A stretch of 64,000 nt of DNA from Sminthopsis crassicaudata (lineage: Eukaryota): positions 290,485,765 to 290,549,764 of the forward strand of contig NC_133620.1 of the NCBI RefSeq assembly GCF_048593235.1, given 5' to 3'. This document shows positions 60,861 to 64,000 of this stretch, piece by piece; the first letter of the stretch is position 1; each line of letters opens with the position of its first letter. The notes beneath the pieces are model-generated. The model had not been told where the DNA came from. It saw only the letters and a program-made list of their open reading frames with translations, and did no database searches. The translations under genes and the position numbers were made by a program.

Positions 60861-63800
60861 TCTGTACTTTGAGAATGCAATCTTTCCAGTACTCCTCACT
60901 GATATCTCCCCTTTTCCCCAAATAGCTTTTACCCCTGTGCAAAGAGAACCTTGGACCACAGTAGGACAAGGACTCGTTAAAAACAGGTACATCCAAATAC
61001 AAAAATAATCAAAACCACCTATTAGCTCCTCACTGTGAGGAGTTATTTCATAACACAATTCACATGCACTCTTACTATAAAATATGGAGCGTTTACTCTT
61101 AAAAGTTGCCTCACCCTTTCCAAAGTTTCTTCTACCTCTAATATTACTTTAATGGTCTAATTATTCCTAATACTAATGTTCTGGGCTAACATTGCAAACA
61201 CATTTCCACCTTTTCCAAGCATTTATTAACTGTGTTATCCAAGACAAATGAGACATGGTACCTTGTACCTTTTATGGAAGTTAGGTATTGTAGTTTTCAG
61301 GTAGAATGACAGACCTGAAAACAGAAGACCCGAATCCAAATCTAACTTCAAACATTTTACTGTTCTCAGTTGCCTCATCTGTATCTGGGACAACCATCAT
61401 ACAGCGCTGTTATAAAGACTAAATGAGAGAATATCTGTAAAGTATTTTGCATCACTTCAAATACAGAGAAAAGGGCAAAGAAAAAAGTAAAGGTAAGTGC
61501 TTATCGTTAGCACAAGTTCTGAAGCATTATAGGATACAAATAAAGGCAAAAATAGTCTGCCTTCAAACTAAGTGCTCACATTCTAATAGGGGAAGCAACA
61601 GGCCAAGTAATTGTACAAGTTATATGCAGAGAGTTGGAAAGGTCCTAGCAATGTATGGGAGAGGATTGGGGAAAAGAGTGAGTAAGACAGGCTGGGAAGG
61701 GTCTGTGAAGAGCTTTGAATGGCAAAGTGGGTAGCATTATCAAACCTGTACTTTTAGAAAGATCACTCCTATCTGAGTGGACTGTAATGGATACAATAAA
61801 CATCAGAATAAACAGTTGTGTCTAGAAGGAAAGGCACATCTACAAAAGATACTGTGAACAATGAAATGACAGAATTTGGTATGTATAGGGCAAGTTTGAG
61901 AATTTGAGAATGAGACCGAGGTGGCAAGCATGAGTAACAAGAGGGATAGTGATACTATCAACAGTAACAGGGCAATTTGGGAGAATTGAAGCAAACATGA
62001 GTTAAAAAAAAAAAAAAAAAAGATGACTTTCCCTGCTTATATAGCAGGCATCTGAAGCCAGATTTGTACTTAGGAAGATAAGTCCTGATTGCAAGCCTAG
62101 CACAATTTATCCACTAGGCTATCCCCTCTTCACTTTTACAGCCTTTCCATTATTTAAAAGCTATGATCTTCATTTTCTTTCAGTCATCTTCTCCAGGTAA
62201 GATGCATTAATTTTCTTCTACAGAAAATTCATGATATCAGATTTTAAAATCCTCATCACTTATTCTTTTTCTCTACAAATTGGCACTGTAGATTTGCCTC
62301 TCCCAAAATAAGACTTGTATAAAACATAAATATTGCCTATAATTGTTATTAATTATATGCAACTTTTTCCAACTCATTTTAATGATGTGAATTTGGCAAA
62401 AGTGCCACACACTAGCACATTAACCACCAGTCCAGCCTGCCTCTCTTCCCTGCTTGTGTAGCCTGAATGACCCAAATGAAAACATGATTTGGAAATCTTA
62501 ATATGTGGCCCCACAGGGATCCTAATGTGAGGTGACTCCTTCCTATTTGAGTTGATACTATTGCTACTGATGGGTAGCTAGAAGGCTTAATGGACAGATG
62601 GCTGAACTTGGGAATCAGGAACACCCAAGTTCAAATCCAACCAACTGCATCTATTAGCTGTGGGTCTCTAGGCAAGCCACTTTATTTCCCTCACCAGTAA
62701 AATAAGCTGGAGAAGGAAATGGAAAATAATTCCAATATCTGCCAAGAAAAGCCCAAAAGTAGGTCACATCTAATAAAACACTTAACCACCAAAGATCCAA
62801 GGAAGTGGGCCTTCAATCTTGACACCTCCAGAGACAACCCATTATATTTTTGTCTAGTTCTAATATGTACTGGTTTTATAGTCCTAGTATGATCTTTTCT
62901 CTATGTGAGGGTTAAGTGGTTTGTAATTCTACTTGTGATGGTCACTACTTGTCTGACCTTGCTTGCCAAATCACAATTTAAACCTGAGCCATAACTCATT
63001 TGTAAAGTAAACAGTTCATACTAGAAGACTAGAAGGTCTTCATCTTTTGTGTGCCACCCTCTACCTTTGGCAGTGAAGTGAAACATAAACTCTCAGAATA
63101 TTTAAATATGCACAAAATCAAGTCATAATGGAAACCACATAGTATAAGTTATTAAAAACACCAAACTCCAATTTGTAATGTATCTCCAACAGATTACTAT
63201 AGTAACTTCAAAGTAGTTATAAATCAAAATGATATAGTTATCTACAGGTACTAAAAACAACGTGGTTTGTTCCCTAATTTCACAAGTGAAATGTTAAACT
63301 ATTAAACGAGATTATTAAAAAAATAAAGATACAAACCCCACCCTCCATGCCCATCAAGGAATCCCTGGACAAGATGACCCAAGATTCAATTCACACTAGA
63401 TATGAACCTCTGACAAACCCTTTCGAAGCCAAACATGTTCTGTTTAAGTCAACATTAAGTGTCTATTTATTTGTGAGAAAACTAGCTGAGGAAGGGAAAG
63501 GAAACCATAGAGTGTCTTTACTGAAGGAGTATACATCTACAAAATAGAACTATCATAATACATTAATTGAAAGGAAAACACTAACAACCAGGGGGATCAG
63601 GAAAAACTTCATGAAGACAGTACAGATGTTAGCCTTTAAAGAAACTAAGGATCTGGAGAGAAAGTGAGAGTATAATTCAAGGCTGAAGAAAATGTAGGAA
63701 AGTATTACTGCAATTTAAATTACATGAATTTAAATGTGAAATTAAAAAATTTAAATATGTCTGAGATCCAGATTTTGAAAAGCTGAGACTTTTTACATAA

Positions 63801-64000
63801 CCCTCTTCACCAGGAAAATTTTCCTATCCCTCTCAATTCTATTTCAAAGATAGTGTAAACACAGGTTGTCTGTACAGTTCTTTGCAAGTTGTCTTCCTCT
63901 TTGGATGAGAGTGAGCTCCTTGAGGACAGAGACAGTCTTTTACCTGGCAGTTTTATCCTTAGTCCGAGCCTGGCCCAAAATAAGAACTTAATGTTCACTA

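Overview
Vertebrate genomic DNA from a marsupial, probably an Australian dasyurid-like species judging by the WSINE1-type SINEs and marsupial L1 3' ends (inference). The window is the extended class II end of the MHC. In order: ~9 kb of L1/ERV debris, a frameshifted SMIM40-like gene (+), DAXX (+), ZBTB22 (+), TAPBP/tapasin (+), RGL2 (+), PFDN6 (-), WDR46 (+), a decayed B3GALT4 (-) and the last four exons of RPS18 (-). This matches the known eutherian gene order read in reverse. I walked every exon by hand. DAXX (735 aa), ZBTB22 (615 aa), TAPBP (450 aa), RGL2 (778 aa), PFDN6 (129 aa) and WDR46 (637 aa) have intact frames and GT-AG introns. Main observations: (1) B3GALT4 (GM1/GD1b synthase) is a multiply disrupted, CpG-depleted pseudogene at its syntenic position. 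(2) Tapasin has Ser at the Cys95 position that bonds to ERp57, a new Cys at position 114 and a 5-residue longer editing loop. (3) The SMIM40-like gene carries four single-base homopolymer deletions. (4) A degenerate copy of the end of RGL2 coding exon 5, including its splice donor, lies in the intron two exons upstream. All comparisons with human proteins are from memory, not from a database search. There are two N gaps (11449-11579, 16575-16709). No prokaryotic features are present.
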